DNA of 64,000 bases from Octopus vulgaris (taxonomy: Eukaryota). How positions within the stretch are numbered: position 1 is the first letter of the stretch; every line of letters starts with the position of its first letter. The position numbers were made by a program, and so were the translations under genes. Positions 12,101 to 24,956 of this stretch are shown here, piece after piece. Below the pieces are notes generated by a model. The model was not told the origin of the DNA, made no database searches, and was given only the letters and a program-made list of their open reading frames with translations. Location: assembly GCA_951406725.2 (NCBI GenBank), contig OX597815.1:174592001-174656000 (forward strand). Reading direction: 5' to 3'.

Positions 12101-15100
12101 TATTTAACAATGTATACATTTCAAATAACTAAAACATACTGTTGTGTTCTATACCTGAGTCTAAAGAGCTAATATGTTTTAGGATGTGGAAATCCCCAAC
12201 TAAATGCAGCTTGGCAATGTAATACATTAATTACAATACTATGTACATCTGGTTCTTACTAATTGCTGTGTTTCAGTTTCTTCATTTTCTTCGTCTTCTT
12301 CATTACTTAGAGGCGTATCCGTATCAGAATTAGAGTTATGTGTAAGAAGCCACTCCATAGCTAGAAGGAAGTTCATCCTATAAAGAACATGCAAGAAATG
12401 TTTAGAAGTAGAGCTAACTCAAAAATTAGAGGACAGCATTCCAAAATTATCAAATAAGGAAAAAAAATTTCAGAATTTGAATATTTTGGAAAAATACATA
12501 GGAATAACACACAGAATTCTAACAAAGATTTTGGAAACAAAAGTTATAATTTTAACATGAAGAAATTAAAATACTAAATTTATTGTTGATTTATCCAGGA
12601 CTGAATGGTAAGTATATGTTTGCATTTTAAATATTACATTTTTATAATCTCTTTATCTGCATTACTTAAAATTAAGCATGTAATGTAGCTCAATATTCAC
12701 AAGTGAATACCAATTATATAAAATAGCTTCAATGATTGTTCTAAACGTTATTACTACAAATGAAACATTATCATAAGCTGTTTTTTAAAACAAAAGACTA
12801 ATGGCTGAAGCAAAGTCTACAGGCAAAAAATATCAATAATGATCAAATAAGATATAGCCAATACACTGGGAATGTAGGACTTCACTTCTTAGTTAAGTAC
12901 ACAACTTCATAAAAGATTTTGAATGTTGTAGAAAGGAGAATTAAAATATCAACTAAATAATAGTCACACTGAATGAAAGCATTGGGCAAACAAGCATTCT
13001 TTAAACCAGAACAAACATTTATTCAAACTAAGGGATACAAATTTCCACACAAAATAGAGTAGCAATATATAAAAACACTAAAAACCAACTTAAGCATTTC
13101 AGAAATGAATTGCACAAAAAGCCTTACTTGTTAAGGGCTAGAGCCTTACGTGCTCTATCTTCTGGGAATCCCATGTCAGTTAGCTTCTTTACAGTGGTTT
13201 CATCCATTTTTGAGGCACAAGGTAGATATTGGTTACTGATTTCTAAAAGGAAAAGTAATAAAAAGCTTTATAGTTTCAATCAGTTAAAAGGTAATAGAAA
13301 TAGTTTCAAATGTCACTCAAAGTTCATTTCTAGGTTTATACTGGGTTAAAGTTGAATTTCATAACTAATTACAAATACTAACAAAAAAAACTTTCATCAC
13401 ATTCATTTTTTTCTTATAGTATGAAGTAGATGAAAGTATGAGCCATTGGATATACAACTTTAATTGCATGTAATGAAGAGGACTGTTATACTGAAAAAAT
13501 GATGAGGTTTCACAGGCATCAGCATTAGAACAGACATGCAACAAGACTGAAAGACATATACTGGGGGATGGGTTGTATGCTGATAGGGAAAGATCAAAGA
13601 ATGAAAATGCATAATGAGGTGGGGCCTAAGGTGATAGGATCATGAAGTATAGTAATATCTCAACTTGTCAATCTGTTCAACTCATATCATAATGGGAAAA
13701 TAGATGTTAAAATAATAAATGATGATTATGACAATAACTTAGCATATTATTGCTGCAGCTTTTGCTTTTAGAGTTGAAATTCTTAGTAATATAAAACCCT
13801 TAGCCACAAACTGAAAATGTCAATAATGTCTTGCCAAAAAGATATAACACAATGACTACTGCATAAGATCTGGTCATCAAATCTAAGTAGAGATTTCAAA
13901 CTTAAAATCTTCAAAGCCACAGTCGAACCAATTCTACTATATGGCTCAGAAACCTGGACGTTATCAAAGAAGCTTGAGAGGCAGTTGGATGGAACTTACA
14001 CTCGCCTCCTTATGAGAGCTCAAAATCTCTCATGGAAGCGTCATCAAACCAAAGTACAAATATATGGGAAATTACCACCTGTATCATCTCTTGTGAAAAG
14101 TAGAAGAGTCCAGTTTGCTGGACATTGTTGTAGAGCTGAAAACGAGGTAATTTCTACTCTTCTCCCCTGGAAACCATCTGCTTGCGATACCAGAGGCCGC
14201 ACACTCTCCTACCCTGATGTAATCTCTAGGGATACAGGCATCCAGCAACAGGACCTCCGTAATGCTATGATGGACCGTGAAGTCTGGCGTGACATAGTAA
14301 ATTCCATTGTCTCGACCACGGTCGAACAATAATGATGACTACTGCAAAGCTTAAATTTATGGTTATATAATCATTAATATATCAATAGTTTAGCCTCATA
14401 TATACTGTGTAACTTTCAAGATCTGTATAAAAAGAACTAAAAATTACTTACCTTCAGCATGTCTAAAAATTTTTGATGCGTCTGGCTTTAGGCACAGAAT
14501 TTTCTGAGATGCTTCAATCAAAGTAATTAATATCTTCCTAAATTCTGATTGAAACTGAAATTTAAAATAAAGAAAATACTAATTAGAAGTTGGCATAGAT
14601 AAGTGGTTCTCAACCATTTTCTATATGGACCCATTGATTCCTATTTTACTTGGGGGGACCCCAACAGCCACTCGATGTTTAAAAAATCCTATTATATGTT
14701 TATAATGAAATATTATTAGGGATTCTATAAAAAAAAATGGTTGAAATATTGTATTGTAGAGGTATAACCAATTTATTTCACATAAATTTTATCTTACATG
14801 AAACCCCAAATGTTATGTGAACCGCTAGTATAGATGAACATATTAAGATTCTAGATATAAGTAAATAAACAATTAAGTTATGTCAATATAATATACATAT
14901 TAAGTAATTAAAGAGATGTCTCCATACAAAACATAATAGAAAATTAAAAGCTAACAAGAAATAATTTTATGACAAGGAAAAAATAAAATTAATCACTGAC
15001 TAACAGTGTTTGTTTTTGTTGGGTTTTTTTTTTTGTTTTTATAGCAAATACATAATAGGTGTAAGCATGACTGTTTAGTTAAGAAATTCACTTTGCAACC

Positions 15101-18100
15101 AAATGGTTCCAGGTTCAGTCCTACTGCATGACACCTTCTGCTATTGCCTACAAAGCCACACATAAGTGTGCGCACACATGTGTGTGTGTATCAATGTTTA
15201 CTTTCCATTGACATTTCCCTGCCAGCAAATCCTATGTGCTTTTGAAGACATAAAGAATGAAAAACAATCTCGTTTGAAAAACAAGAGAGGGTTAGTGGCA
15301 ACAAGGCCATCCAGCTGTTAAACAAAGCTTCAACAATAAGTATTTATGTAACCCATGCTAATGATTGTAAAAATTATTGTAAAAAATGAACAAATAAATG
15401 ACAGTTCTGAACATGTTCTGGTCTTATTACCTCATCAGAAGAGCACAGACTTCACTGAACTAGCCAAAATAGTAATGAAAGAAATACCATGTAAATGTAC
15501 AGGATGCATATATAAACGTACAAAATGTTCAGGATGATAAAAGGTCATAATATGCCATCATCATCATTTGACGCTTGTTTTCCATGCTGGCATGGATTGA
15601 ACAGTTTGACAGGAGCTGGCCAGCTGAAGAGCTGCCCAGAGTCCCATGTCTGTTTTGGCATGGTTTCTATAGCTGGATGCCCTTCCTAATTCCAACCACT
15701 TAACAGAGTGTACTGGGTGCTTTTACACAGCACCTGCACAGCTGCTTTTTATGTGGCACCAGTACCCAGGTTTTTAATGCTTCCTGCATTGATAACATTA
15801 ACTTAGCAGTAAGACTATAACATTAGAGGTGCAGTCTATTTAAAACATCTCTGTGAAGAGGTTTTCTTAAATCATGGCTTTATTACCTCATCAATGTTTT
15901 GATATAACAAACAGTATATAAGAAAAAGAAAAAAGCATTATTTTTTAAATTTATTTCCAGCAATGAAAGCAAAAAGTCTTACATCCCCTCCATTGGGAGG
16001 TTTATCAGTAGCCGGTTCCATATTACAAGGAGTCAATCCTGCAGTAGCTTTATTAACACTTTCAGAATTGGGGCCTTTACGTGATTCTTCTTTCTGTGAA
16101 AACAACAGAGAAAGTGGTTGAAATATGACCAATTATTACATGTTAGTGGCTCACCAAAATATGTGAATATACAATTCTAATTAAGATATTTCATAAGTAA
16201 TGACATATGATTCATAGCAGCAGGACATTTCTAAAGGACTTCAAATGATTAGTTTTGTAACTGAAACAGAGGATCAATAAAGCAGCAGGCAACAAAAAAG
16301 CAGAATAGATCCCAAGGGATGAAAGTCGTGTATGGGAAAAAAGTGGATAAAGTTGCAGGCATGGCTGTGTGGTAAGAAGCTTGCTTCCCACTGCCTCTAT
16401 GGCAAATGAAATGAAATAAAGAAGCTTGCTCCCCAGCCATATGGTTCCAGTCCAGTCCCACTGCATGATACCTTGGGCAAGTGTCTTTACTATAGCCTCA
16501 GACCAATCAAAGCCTTGTGAATGGATTTGGTTGACAGAGAGTGAAAAGAGTCCATCATGTGTGTGTGTGTGTGCACACAACTGTGTCTGCATTTGTCCTC
16601 CAACCAGTTTTGGTGTGTTTACATCCCTGTTACTGAGAAGTTTGGCAAAAGAGACTAATAAAATAAGTACCAGGCTTTAAAAAAAAATAAGTCCTGGAGT
16701 TGATTTGTTCGACTAAATTTCTTCCAGATGGTGCTCCAGCAAGGCCACAGTCAAATGACTGAAACAAGTAAAAGAATAAATGAGATATCAGGGAGCATAT
16801 CTAAAAGCAAGGTAGAAAGTGACATATCAGATATTCCTAAGTAGGAAAAATGTAGAGTAGTGTTAGCCCTAAACTGAGAGCATGTAAGATTTGATGCACT
16901 TTTAATTAGAAGGCAATATGTTAGAATGCCTTAGATGTGTTAGAATATATAAGAGAAATCTGTATTTGACATTATATACATTTGCCTTCAGTGATAATTG
17001 AAGCATAGATGAGTCACAAGACATAACTAGGAGTGGTTGCTGAATAAAGAGTATAAATGGTATGGGGAGAACAAACAGATGTAGGTAGTAAAAAAAAAAT
17101 AAAACCAAAAATATGAAATAAAATAAACTGCAGGATTGAGGTGCAAATACAATACAGTGGATTTATCTATCCTATACTTACATGAAAGAAACCTAATAAA
17201 ATAATCTTTTCTTCTATAGGCACAAGGCCTGAAATTTGGGGGGAGGGGCTAGTCAATTACATCAACCCCAAAATTTCAAGCCTTGCATTACATTCACCTA
17301 CACCTGTAGTATAATTGACTATATCCACCTTTAAAATTTGTAGTCTTGTGTAAATGTCAGAAATCAATGTAATTCTCATTGACCGCTCTGAACAAATATG
17401 AAACTTTCAAAGATTTGCCAAAATCAACCAACTTCTACTTTAAGCATACTGACTTTCCGGAAAGAAGAAATACAAGTCAAAGACTGTTACCATAGCATTA
17501 ATGTAACTCTTTCATAGTCCTAAACTAAAGTTTTTCCCAACACACACACACACACAAAATTGTATGAATGCTGGCTAAGTTCTATAGATAACACAGACAA
17601 TTAAATAAAATCTAAAGAAGATATTCCAGACATATTTGAGCAGCTTGCAATGGTTTAGAAAAGGAATTTACAAATTACAGGCTAGAAAATTATATTTTAA
17701 AAAATATACAAAAGTATCACTCACCTTGTCAGCTCCATCATAAACAAAAGGTGGCAACCGACGTTTCAGAATAATTATTTCATCTGCCAGAAAACAATAA
17801 AACAGATATAAAATTAATCTTAAACATCCTTTATGCACAACTCAAGAAGAGTTTTTGTTTTGTTTTTTTTTTGTTTTTTGTAATATTTCTATTTCTCCAT
17901 CCAGTTTACTACAGAGTTCATGAAGTCAGATTCCATGTAACAAAGTTTTGAAGAAAATTCTAAGACCATACCCACAGCCAGTAAAATTTTTATCAGCTTT
18001 CCAATTATATGCTCATCAGTAGTTGAGCATATTTCTTTTCATTTTTGAGGAAATTGCAAAGAATTTTTCTTTTTCTAGTTTACTTGCTTTTTGGTTATAC

Positions 18101-21100
18101 ACACTACTGTAACTAGGGGTGGTCCACCCTGGGCATCACTCTTAAAGGGGCAGCACTTTTGGGTCTGTTGTAAGCAATATGTTTTTTGTGGGGTCTGGGA
18201 ACAGCAAACAGAAGGGCTGCCCCAGGCAGCACCCACTCTAGCTACGCTAGTGGTTATATATGTACTAAAGTAAGAGAAATTCAGAAACTGGTTTCAATGC
18301 AAATTCCTAGGTGCAGGCATGGCTGTGTGGGAAGAAGTTTGCTTCCCAACCACACAGTTCTGGGTTCAGACCCACTACACAATACCTTGAGCAAGTGCCT
18401 TGTGAGTGGATTTGGTAGACAGAAACTGAAAAAAGCCTGTAATACATATGTGTATGTGTGTGTTTGTCCCTACCACGATTTGACAACTGGTGTTGGTATA
18501 TGTCCCCATAACTTTGCAGTTTGACAAAAGAGCCTGATAGAATAAGTACCAGCCTTTAAAAAATATGTACTGAAGTTGATTCAGTTGACTAAAAATTCTT
18601 CAAGGCGGTGCCCCAACATAGTTGCAGTCAAATGACTGAAACAAGTAAAAGAATATTCACCACCATCATTTTAAACTCTGCTTTTTAAAATATCTGCACC
18701 GCAATATAGCACTACTTTTCTTTAGTCTCATATTTTCAGCCAAATAACTTGAGATCCAGCCTCATTACTTCTATATTACTTCCTATATCTTCCTTAGTCC
18801 TTTGGAATTAGCAGCCAAAACTCTATCAAACCTCATCTGTGATTTGAAAAAAAAATGAAAGAGTCCAGTAAAAAGATAGGAGGGCCATTGGTGAACATAA
18901 GTGTGCATTATCAAGGTTGAACAATAGAATCAACACATGACACATAGCATGCGTTGTCTACTCATATCACATATCTGCAATAGTACAGTCACCTCAAATT
19001 CACACACGCCTTTAGTTACTCTCTCAATTATTTCTGCTTTGTAAAATCACAATATATTTCAAACTTTCTAAGAAGAGTGTCAATGATATACATTTCTGGA
19101 ATTTACAGTTTTACTTAGCTTTTCCTTCTTACGAAGTTGTAGTTGTTTAATCCCCAGATCAACTCTGATTCAAGCAAATCTATTACCAATAATATAAGGA
19201 GTATGTGAACTTGATTCGACGGTCATTCGGAATGCTCACAGGAGCCATATTCCTACCACTCTATGTCACGCTGGTGAGACCCATATAGGAGTATGGGATT
19301 CAAGCCTCTTCTCCTTATCTCCTCAAAGACATACAGCATCTCGAAAGAGTCCAGAAGCTGGCTACCCACATGGTTCATGGTCTCAAAAATTTGTCCTATG
19401 AAGAAAGGCTGAGGACGCTCGACCTTTGTTCTCTTGAAAAACGCCGCCGCCGTGGTGATCTCATTCTCGCCCACAACATCATAAGCGGAAAGTGTAACCT
19501 CTCGAAAGAGCTGTTCTTCACTCCTGCTCCAGAGCGTTGGCTGCAGGGTCATTCCGAAAAGCTCTACCTGCGACGATCTCATCTCAATCGAAGGAGAGGA
19601 GCTTTCTCCGTCCGGGTTGCGGATCCATGGAACAAGCTGCCAGACGAGATGGTGAAGATGCCGATGACTGCTTTGTTCAAAGCCTCCCTTGACCTCAAGT
19701 GGCCTGAACTCTTTACATGAACACCACCCTGTACTTAACTCCATGTCCCCCTACATGGCCTTGCTATTTGCTTTTGAGCCAAATTAACTAACTAACTAAC
19801 TAACTATATTATCTCCTGTTTGATTTCCTTATTTAAGATGCCATAGTATAATCAAGTTGGCCACTATTTCTAACAAGTTGAAGCAACCAAGCATATAAGC
19901 TTCTTCATTATCCAGCTCTTTATGAAGTTGATAAAATATGTACTTGAATATATACTTAAAATGACACCTAGCAATCTATTGTGTCTTCTGTTAGTCATCT
20001 TTCAGTCTACATTCCTTAATGGACAAGAGTTCATTTGTTCAAAGCAAAACAAGAACTATATTTCCAGGGAAAATAACAACAATCTTTCTAATTATATGAA
20101 CAACACTTATTTTTATGCATAAATGGTTACTGGTTGTAAGAATATCCAACTGTAAACAATGCAAAAATGTATAAATTTGCAAGAATCAACTCACCCTACA
20201 ATAGAAAACTAAAGAGAGGGAGATTAACTCCTGTAAAATTAGTTCTGTATATGCAAGGCAATACTTCCATAACCAGAGAGATGTGTATTACATGTGAAAT
20301 GTTGTTCCCTTAGAAATAAGGTTCAATGCAAGTGTATCGATATGGTAACTGAACATCTAAGAGTTAGTAGTGGAAGATACCCATTAAACCTGACACGATG
20401 TAGTTAAAAATGTATAACATTTTACCTATGGGGAGATGCTACAGGAGATATAAAGATAGATGTAACTTATATCTGATTGAGAAATAGGTTTTGAATCGCT
20501 GATGTTCATGTTAGCTTATCGGTTTATAATTAGTTTATTTATTTTGTTCTAGAAATTGCTATCAGTATGACAGATCCACAATCTGTTTTATTCTCGAGTC
20601 ACATTTATATCATAATACCTAAACTGTGTGACTTAATGAATTAAATCTTCGAAATTTTGATTGAGCCAGTGTGTGCATGTGCAGGTCTATATATGCATAA
20701 ATTGTGATATATTGTGATTCCGAAAGTTTTAGCGACGACCGAAGTGAAACAGTTTTAGCTATATACAACATTGGTTAGTATGTTTACATTTGACAGCAAT
20801 GATGCAAAACACTATTGTCGGTTCAATACTCGCTTGCAGCATTTAACAAACTCTATTTCACAATTTATCATATAGTTAATCAACCTGGATTGAAGTGTTG
20901 TAGGCTTTTTCCTGTTACACCCTCTCGATAAAACTTGCTTCACTTGCAAACTCTTCTTTAGTGAAAAATCTAGCCTTTAATTTATCACTGAACTGCATCA
21001 AGACATTTTACTATTAATACTATTATTGTGAGCAACACCGGAGCTTAATGTTAGCATTTCAGTGCCAAAAGCTAAACCACTCAAATCATTAATTCACTTA

Positions 21101-21760
21101 TCACCAACTTATTTTATCTTACAACATTTCTTGAACAAAACAGTATACCCAAACTTTTCTTTCGTAATAATGCCTTACCAAAACAACCCCACACATACCT
21201 TTCTATAAATATTCAATGAACATTAACCCGTTGAAATCGTTAATCGGTATTCTGCCGTAACTTGAAGAGTTTGTTTTAAATAACCACAAAAGAAAATCAT
21301 TTCAAAAATTCCAATATTTACAAGTTACATACACAACAGCAACGGCAAATCGTTCGGCTGAACAAAAGTTTCGCGAACAGACATGTGTTAATTTGCTAAG
21401 AATGACGTTTAAATGAACTAAGTTTGAAATAATTGTGAAAATTAAGCTGGATCCATGTTGAGGTGGAGTGTGTGTCATAGCATAATAACAAAATAACTTC
21501 TCACCGTTATCTCGAAGACCTTCTTGTTGCAATGTGGATTCCTCATTTAGAACCTTACCAGTTCGGACGAGTAAAACTTTGTGATAGAGAGAGACTTTCA
21601 TGCTTTCCATTGGACTAAAAAGTTGGCTTAAAGAACGGATCTTGACCATATCTACCGTTAAATCTGGTCGAAATTCATCGATAATATCGACACCTTCCAT
21701 ATTAGTGATTCGAACCTTCATTGTTGAAGGTGAAAAGACTAACGTATCCGAGACAAACAT
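6783..21760 (-). CDS. UBAC1: UBAC1/KPC2, ubiquitin-associated domain-containing protein 1; 10 coding exons, 1260 nt, 419 aa
   Basis: Exons joined by hand with GT-AG junctions and matching phases. The protein starts MFVSD, has a UBL-like N-terminus, [21 protein letters not shown]1 ([24 protein letters not shown]), [12 protein letters not shown]2 ([34 protein letters not shown]) and an STI1-like end ([30 protein letters not shown]). This is collinear with vertebrate UBAC1 as I recall it. Confidence 0.95.
8018..8156 (-). CDS. UBAC1: UBAC1 exon 9
   Basis: tttttag|...G|gtaagt; [46 protein letters not shown]. Confidence 0.94.
8700..9092 (+). mobile_element. Two tandem, divergent ~190-bp units resembling Penelope-like terminal repeats; the second has a minimal hammerhead-like motif
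   Basis: GTTT-CTGACGA-A-GAGC-TCC-GCTC-GAAA-CATT-AAAC at 8962-8996; a degenerate homologue at about 8775-8812; units separated by (TA)n. Confidence 0.6.
9128..9400 (+). mobile_element. (GAT)n-tailed SINE-like element
   Basis: GGCGTTAGGAAGGGCATCCAGCTGTAGAAAC..CCAACCCATGCTAGCATGGAAAGCGGACGTTAAATGATGATG. Copies at 9868-10176(-), 15557-15765(-), 23930-24078(+), 25080-25313(+), 30480-30775(+), 33870-34072(+), 55760-55950(-) and 63263-63500(-). Confidence 0.85.
9590..9720 (+). mobile_element. Penelope-like element ORF N-terminal relic
   Basis: [35 protein letters not shown] resembles the SxKNIPIP...FIxRMRWKA motif I recall from marine-invertebrate PLE ORFs. Confidence 0.55.
9868..10176 (-). mobile_element. 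(GAT)n-tailed SINE-like element, inverted relative to 9128-9400
   Basis: Its reverse complement aligns with 9230-9390 at high identity. Confidence 0.85.
10330..10720 (+). mobile_element. Tc1/mariner-superfamily transposase relic (HTH/linker region)
   Basis: Fragments [24 protein letters not shown] and [27 protein letters not shown] resemble the SPxKSxRxxS..ISKSS / LNEDDPDRRVEFCEW region of DD37D/DD41D-type transposases. Confidence 0.65.
10827..10913 (-). CDS. UBAC1: UBAC1 exon 8 (UBA2)
   Basis: tgacag|...GCT|gtaagt; [29 protein letters not shown]. Confidence 0.94.
11593..11694 (-). CDS. UBAC1: UBAC1 exon 7
   Basis: acatag|...AGG|gtgagt; [34 protein letters not shown]. Confidence 0.92.
12260..12377 (-). 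CDS. UBAC1: UBAC1 exon 6
   Basis: tttatag|...TTA|gtaaga; [40 protein letters not shown]. Confidence 0.9.
13128..13242 (-). CDS. UBAC1: UBAC1 exon 5 (UBA1, N-terminal part)
   Basis: cttttag|...AA|gtaagg; [38 protein letters not shown]. Confidence 0.93.
13864..14334 (+). mobile_element. 5'-truncated RTE-type non-LTR retrotransposon 3' end with a 12-bp TSD
   Basis: [47 protein letters not shown]; TSD ATGACTACTGCA at 13852-13863 and 14335-14346. Confidence 0.88.
14452..14554 (-). CDS. UBAC1: UBAC1 exon 4
   Basis: tttcag|...G|gtaagt; [34 protein letters not shown]. Confidence 0.93.
15983..16093 (-). CDS. UBAC1: UBAC1 exon 3
   Basis: ttcacag|...GAT|gtaaga; [37 protein letters not shown]. Confidence 0.9.
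17725..17783 (-). CDS. UBAC1: UBAC1 exon 2
   Basis: ctggcag|AT...AAG|gtgagt; [20 protein letters not shown]. Confidence 0.9.
19195..19805 (+). mobile_element. 5'-truncated CR1/L2-type LINE 3' end with a (CTAA)n tail
   Basis: [54 protein letters not shown]; tail ctaactaactaac; interrupts an older repeat that begins near 19140. Confidence 0.88.
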
Positions 21761-21960
21761 TGAGATTTTGTCCGTCAATCGTCAAGTCTTAACGACGCTT
21801 CGAGAGACATGTCGTGTAGCTGAATTATTTCCCTTGTTACGAAACAACGCCCCCTATTCTAAACCTAACCCAACTCGAGGTGAATAACCTACGAAGACAA
21901 TAAAAATCTGACGTTTCAAATACAGCTCTTCATCGGAGAATAAATACATCCCTTACCTAG
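20720..21960 (-). promoter_or_regulatory. CpG-retaining UBAC1 promoter / exon 1 region
   Basis: CG dinucleotides are visibly frequent here compared with the CpG-depleted gene body; the region surrounds the start codon. Confidence 0.55.
21505..21760 (-). CDS. UBAC1: UBAC1 coding exon 1 (UBL domain)
   Basis: ATG at 21760 ([11 protein letters not shown]...QQEGLRDN); donor G|GTGAG; 256 nt. The ORF-track start at 21778 is a TTG. Confidence 0.92.
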
Positions 21961-22657
21961 GGCTAATTTTTCTTATTTAATATGAGAAATGCAAGTTTTG
22001 AAAAATTTCTGGCGAAGAACTAACAACTAAGTGAAGTACAATAGTTACTTACAATAGGGAGATTTAATTAGTTGGAAGGATAAGAAAATTTTTTATTACA
22101 TTGATAAAAGGTTTCACATTTAGAATAGAAGAGAAGGAAAAGATTAAGGTCCTACTTTCCAAGGGCATCAACAAAATATTTTTTCAAACAATTACCTGTT
22201 GAACTAGATTATTACCTGACCATAATTCCTTATATAGGATAAATATAAATGTCTATTACATGAAAATGTTGGAGTACTTAGCATATAATTATGTATTAAA
22301 ATAATTTTGGAGTTAAAAGTTCTAGAGAAAAGTTGATGAATCCACGTGGTTTTGGGTTCAGTCATACTGCATAGCATCTTAAGCAAGTGTCTTCAGCTAA
22401 AGTCCTGGACCAGCCCTAAACTTGTGAATGGATTTGGTAGACCAAAAACTAAAAGAAGCTTGGATCACTATCATTTAAATTTTGTTTTCCATGCTGGCAC
22501 ATATGGACAGTTCCACAGGAACTGGCTAGTCAGAAGACTGCAACAACCCCTGCTACATGGTTTAGCATGGTTTCTATGGCTGGACACTCTTCCTAAATAC
22601 CAATCACTTTACAGTGTATTGGGTGCTTTTTTATGTAGCACCACATATATATGTATA

Positions 22658-23357
22658 CTAGCTGATGTACCCGGTAATTCCCGGGAAAGCGGGGCTTATC
22701 CCTTGGTTCTGTTCTCATAATTGCTTCGCTAATCCTATAACAACAATACAAAGTATATAGCCCTTAAAACGGTTTTTGTGCATTTAGGATCTCGTTTTTA
22801 GAAATTCCCAATAAGTTATGAATACCCAAATTGTGAAGTCAGTTATGTAAGAACATGAAATTAGTTACCCGATAGTAAGAATTCAAATAAAGTAGCCCTG
22901 AAAAGGGCTTTAATGCATTCCCAGAGTATATAGAATATAGGAGGAAATACTAATAAGGTATTTATACTAAAATCGTGAAACATGTTATGTAATAACAGGC
23001 TAATCAGATATGAGATAATAACAATTCAAAGTAAATAACTCTGAAAAGGGCTTTTGTGCATTCGCAGAGAATATTACCCTCAGGGGTGCTAGTGTTGGTA
23101 TATTCGTGAATAAGTCACTAACCAAAATAAGTGGATCTATTGTTTAAGAAAATACTATTTATTTGTTTAAGGTTTGCACTAGATAAATTGTGAAAATAAC
23201 TCTAACAGTTCAAATACTAAGAAATAAGCATACTCAATTTCATTTTTACTCAATAATTTAGGAAAATGAATGAGTTATTTCCTGTGGCTATATATGAGGA
23301 TCCATTCCAGGGGCGAATGGGTTATTTCCTTTGTTTTTTAAAATAAAATATATTAGA
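22658..23357 (-). mobile_element. Probable non-autonomous Helitron with internal ~135-145-bp subrepeats
   Basis: On the minus strand it begins A|TC (23357) and ends CTAG|T (22658), with a CCCGG-n6-CCGGG hairpin (22670-22685) near the 3' end. Three related units start near 22760, 22893 and 23037. The 5' boundary is uncertain. Confidence 0.6.
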
Positions 23358-23543
23358 TATATATAAGGATCCCTTCCAGGGCCCTATTATCGATTTTTTT
23401 CAACAATCTGAGTATGCCATGAGGTTTCCAGACATGAATTCTACTCACATGTCAGGTTTCATCAAAATCAATAAAATGATGTAGGAGGAGTTAGCTAACA
23501 ACTCCATAAACACACCCACAGACAGAATTGTCCACATATGTAG

Positions 23544-23575
<32 letters not shown>

Positions 23576-24490
23576 TACATGTGTGTGTGTGTGTGTGTGT
23601 TCCCTTGTCTTGGCATTGCATGACACTTGTAAATGGGCAGCAGCATCCTGTAAACAGTATTCTTTGTTTCCAATCTTCAAAGAAAGCATGTCTTGCCATA
23701 AGGAAATATCACCTTATTTGGAAACAGGTGTGGGTTGGCAATAGGAATCACATCCAGCCCTAGAAAACTTGTTTCAATAAAGCATAGAAAATGGACATTA
23801 AATCGATGACAATAATATACATATACTTTTTTTACCTCAGATTTAACTAAAGGCTATGTAGCAACTATGCTTATATACAGTTACAGCAATTAGTGTATGT
23901 GGGTGTACATACATACATACATAGATATATGGCGTTAGGAAGGGCATCCAGCTGTAGAAACATTGCCAGATAAGACTGGAGCCTGGTGCAGCCTTCTGGC
24001 TTCCCAGATCCCCGGTCGAACCGTCCAACCCATGCTAGCATGGAGAACAGACGTTAAACGATGATGATGATGATGATGGTATATACATATATATATAGAT
24101 GTCAAGCTAAGTAAAATCGCTGTCTTCCACACATACAGGCTTGTTCTTCCAGGTGCTGGTGCCACTTAAAAAGCACCTGTACTGGTGGTGCATTAATGCA
24201 CTTGTGTTAGTGCTACGTTAACACACTCATGTCAGTGCTATATAAAAGCACCCGTGATGGTGACATGTAAAAGAGCAACCAGCATATTCTATTAAGTGAT
24301 TGGCATGAGAAAAGGTATCCAGCCTTAGAAACCATGCTATAACAGACAGTTGGAGTCCAGACAGCTCCCTGCTAGCTAGCTCTATGAAAATGGTTCAGCT
24401 CATGCCAGCATGGAGAGCAGACATTAAATTATGACATCATCATCATCATCATCATCGTTTAGCGTCCGTTTATATATATATAAACGACAA

Positions 24491-24535
<45 letters not shown>

Positions 24536-24536
<1 letters not shown>

Positions 24537-24752
24537 TCTTTTACTCTTTTACTTGTGTCAGTCATTTGACTGCGGCCATGCTGGAGCACTGCCTTTAGTC
24601 GAGCAAATCAACCCCGGGACATATTCTTTGCAAGCCCAGTACTTATTCTATCGGTCTCTTTTGCTGAACCGCTAAGTAACGGCAACGTAAACACACCAGC
24701 ATCGGTTGTCAAGCAATGCTAGGGGGACAAACACAGACACACGAATATACAT

Positions 24753-24785
<33 letters not shown>

Positions 24786-24956
24786 CATATATACGACAGG
24801 CTTCTTTCAGTTTCCATCTACCAAATCCACTCACAAGGCTATGGTCAACCCGAGGCTATAGTAGAAGATATTTTCCCAAGATGCCATGCAGTGGGACTGA
24901 ACCCGGAACCATGTAGTTGGTAAGCAAGCTACTTACCACACAGCTACTCCTGCACC
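24536..24956 (-). mobile_element. tRNA-headed octopus-type SINE
   Basis: Reverse complement of the 42565 family over its full length. Confidence 0.88.

Noticed and set aside
21302-21778. ORF-track 158-aa protein as a single-exon gene
   Set aside because: It starts at a TTG and runs past the GT donor at 21504 into the intron; only 21505-21760 is UBAC1 exon 1.
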